DNA from: Callorhinchus milii
Lineage: Eukaryota
NCBI RefSeq assembly: GCF_018977255.1
Contig: NW_024704742.1
Span: forward strand, 101,496,001 to 101,560,000
Length of the DNA: 64,000 nucleotides
Direction of reading: 5' to 3'
Part shown: piece by piece, positions 63,902 to 64,000 of the stretch
How the letters are laid out: every line of letters begins with the position of its first letter
Position numbering within the stretch: the first letter of the stretch is position 1
Position numbers and translations under genes: made by a program
The notes under the pieces: model-generated
What the model was told of the DNA's origin: nothing
What the model saw: only the letters and a program-made list of their open reading frames with translations
The model's database searches: none

Positions 63902-64000
63902 TAAGAGTCTCAAAACCAAAATGCTGTCAGCTCCACATAAGCATCTATGGTTTCCATTTGTCTGGCAGAGAGTGCTCATTCGAACCCCGGATGGATCCAC

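Noticed and set aside
1..64000. CRISPR array, prokaryotic operon or intact host gene
   Set aside because: No regularly spaced repeat-spacer array; the sequence is vertebrate repeat-rich DNA with no recognisable host coding exon.
1..64000. Retroelement strand bias implying a + strand host gene
   Set aside because: The three longest LINEs are on minus, but my rough count of all fragments shows only a modest excess; not convincing.

Overview
AT-rich, repeat-dense vertebrate non-coding DNA (intron or intergenic). I found no intact protein-coding gene, rRNA, true tRNA gene or CRISPR array. The repeats are tRNA-Ala-headed SINEs with an (ATT)n tail, older Deu-domain SINEs, two L2 LINE families with (GTT)n tails, CR1 LINEs and Penelope-like fragments. 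From memory this set resembles cartilaginous fish, probably a holocephalan; that assignment is an inference and was not searched. The long ORFs are decayed LINE ORF2 pieces. The most notable items are: (1) two minimal hammerhead-ribozyme cores in Penelope-like fragments; (2) a frameshifted Myb/SANT (Harbinger/NAIF1-type) gene fossil split by L2 insertions; (3) a dense TALE/Meis motif cluster with 11-bp phasing; (4) a clean solo LTR inside a CR1; (5) an unclassified hairpin-rich repeat family; (6) recurring insertion patterns, namely same-site L2 insertions, outward-facing twin tails and clustered SINE truncation points. I cannot support a wholly new biological system here. Boundaries of old repeats are approximate (about +/-20 bp).
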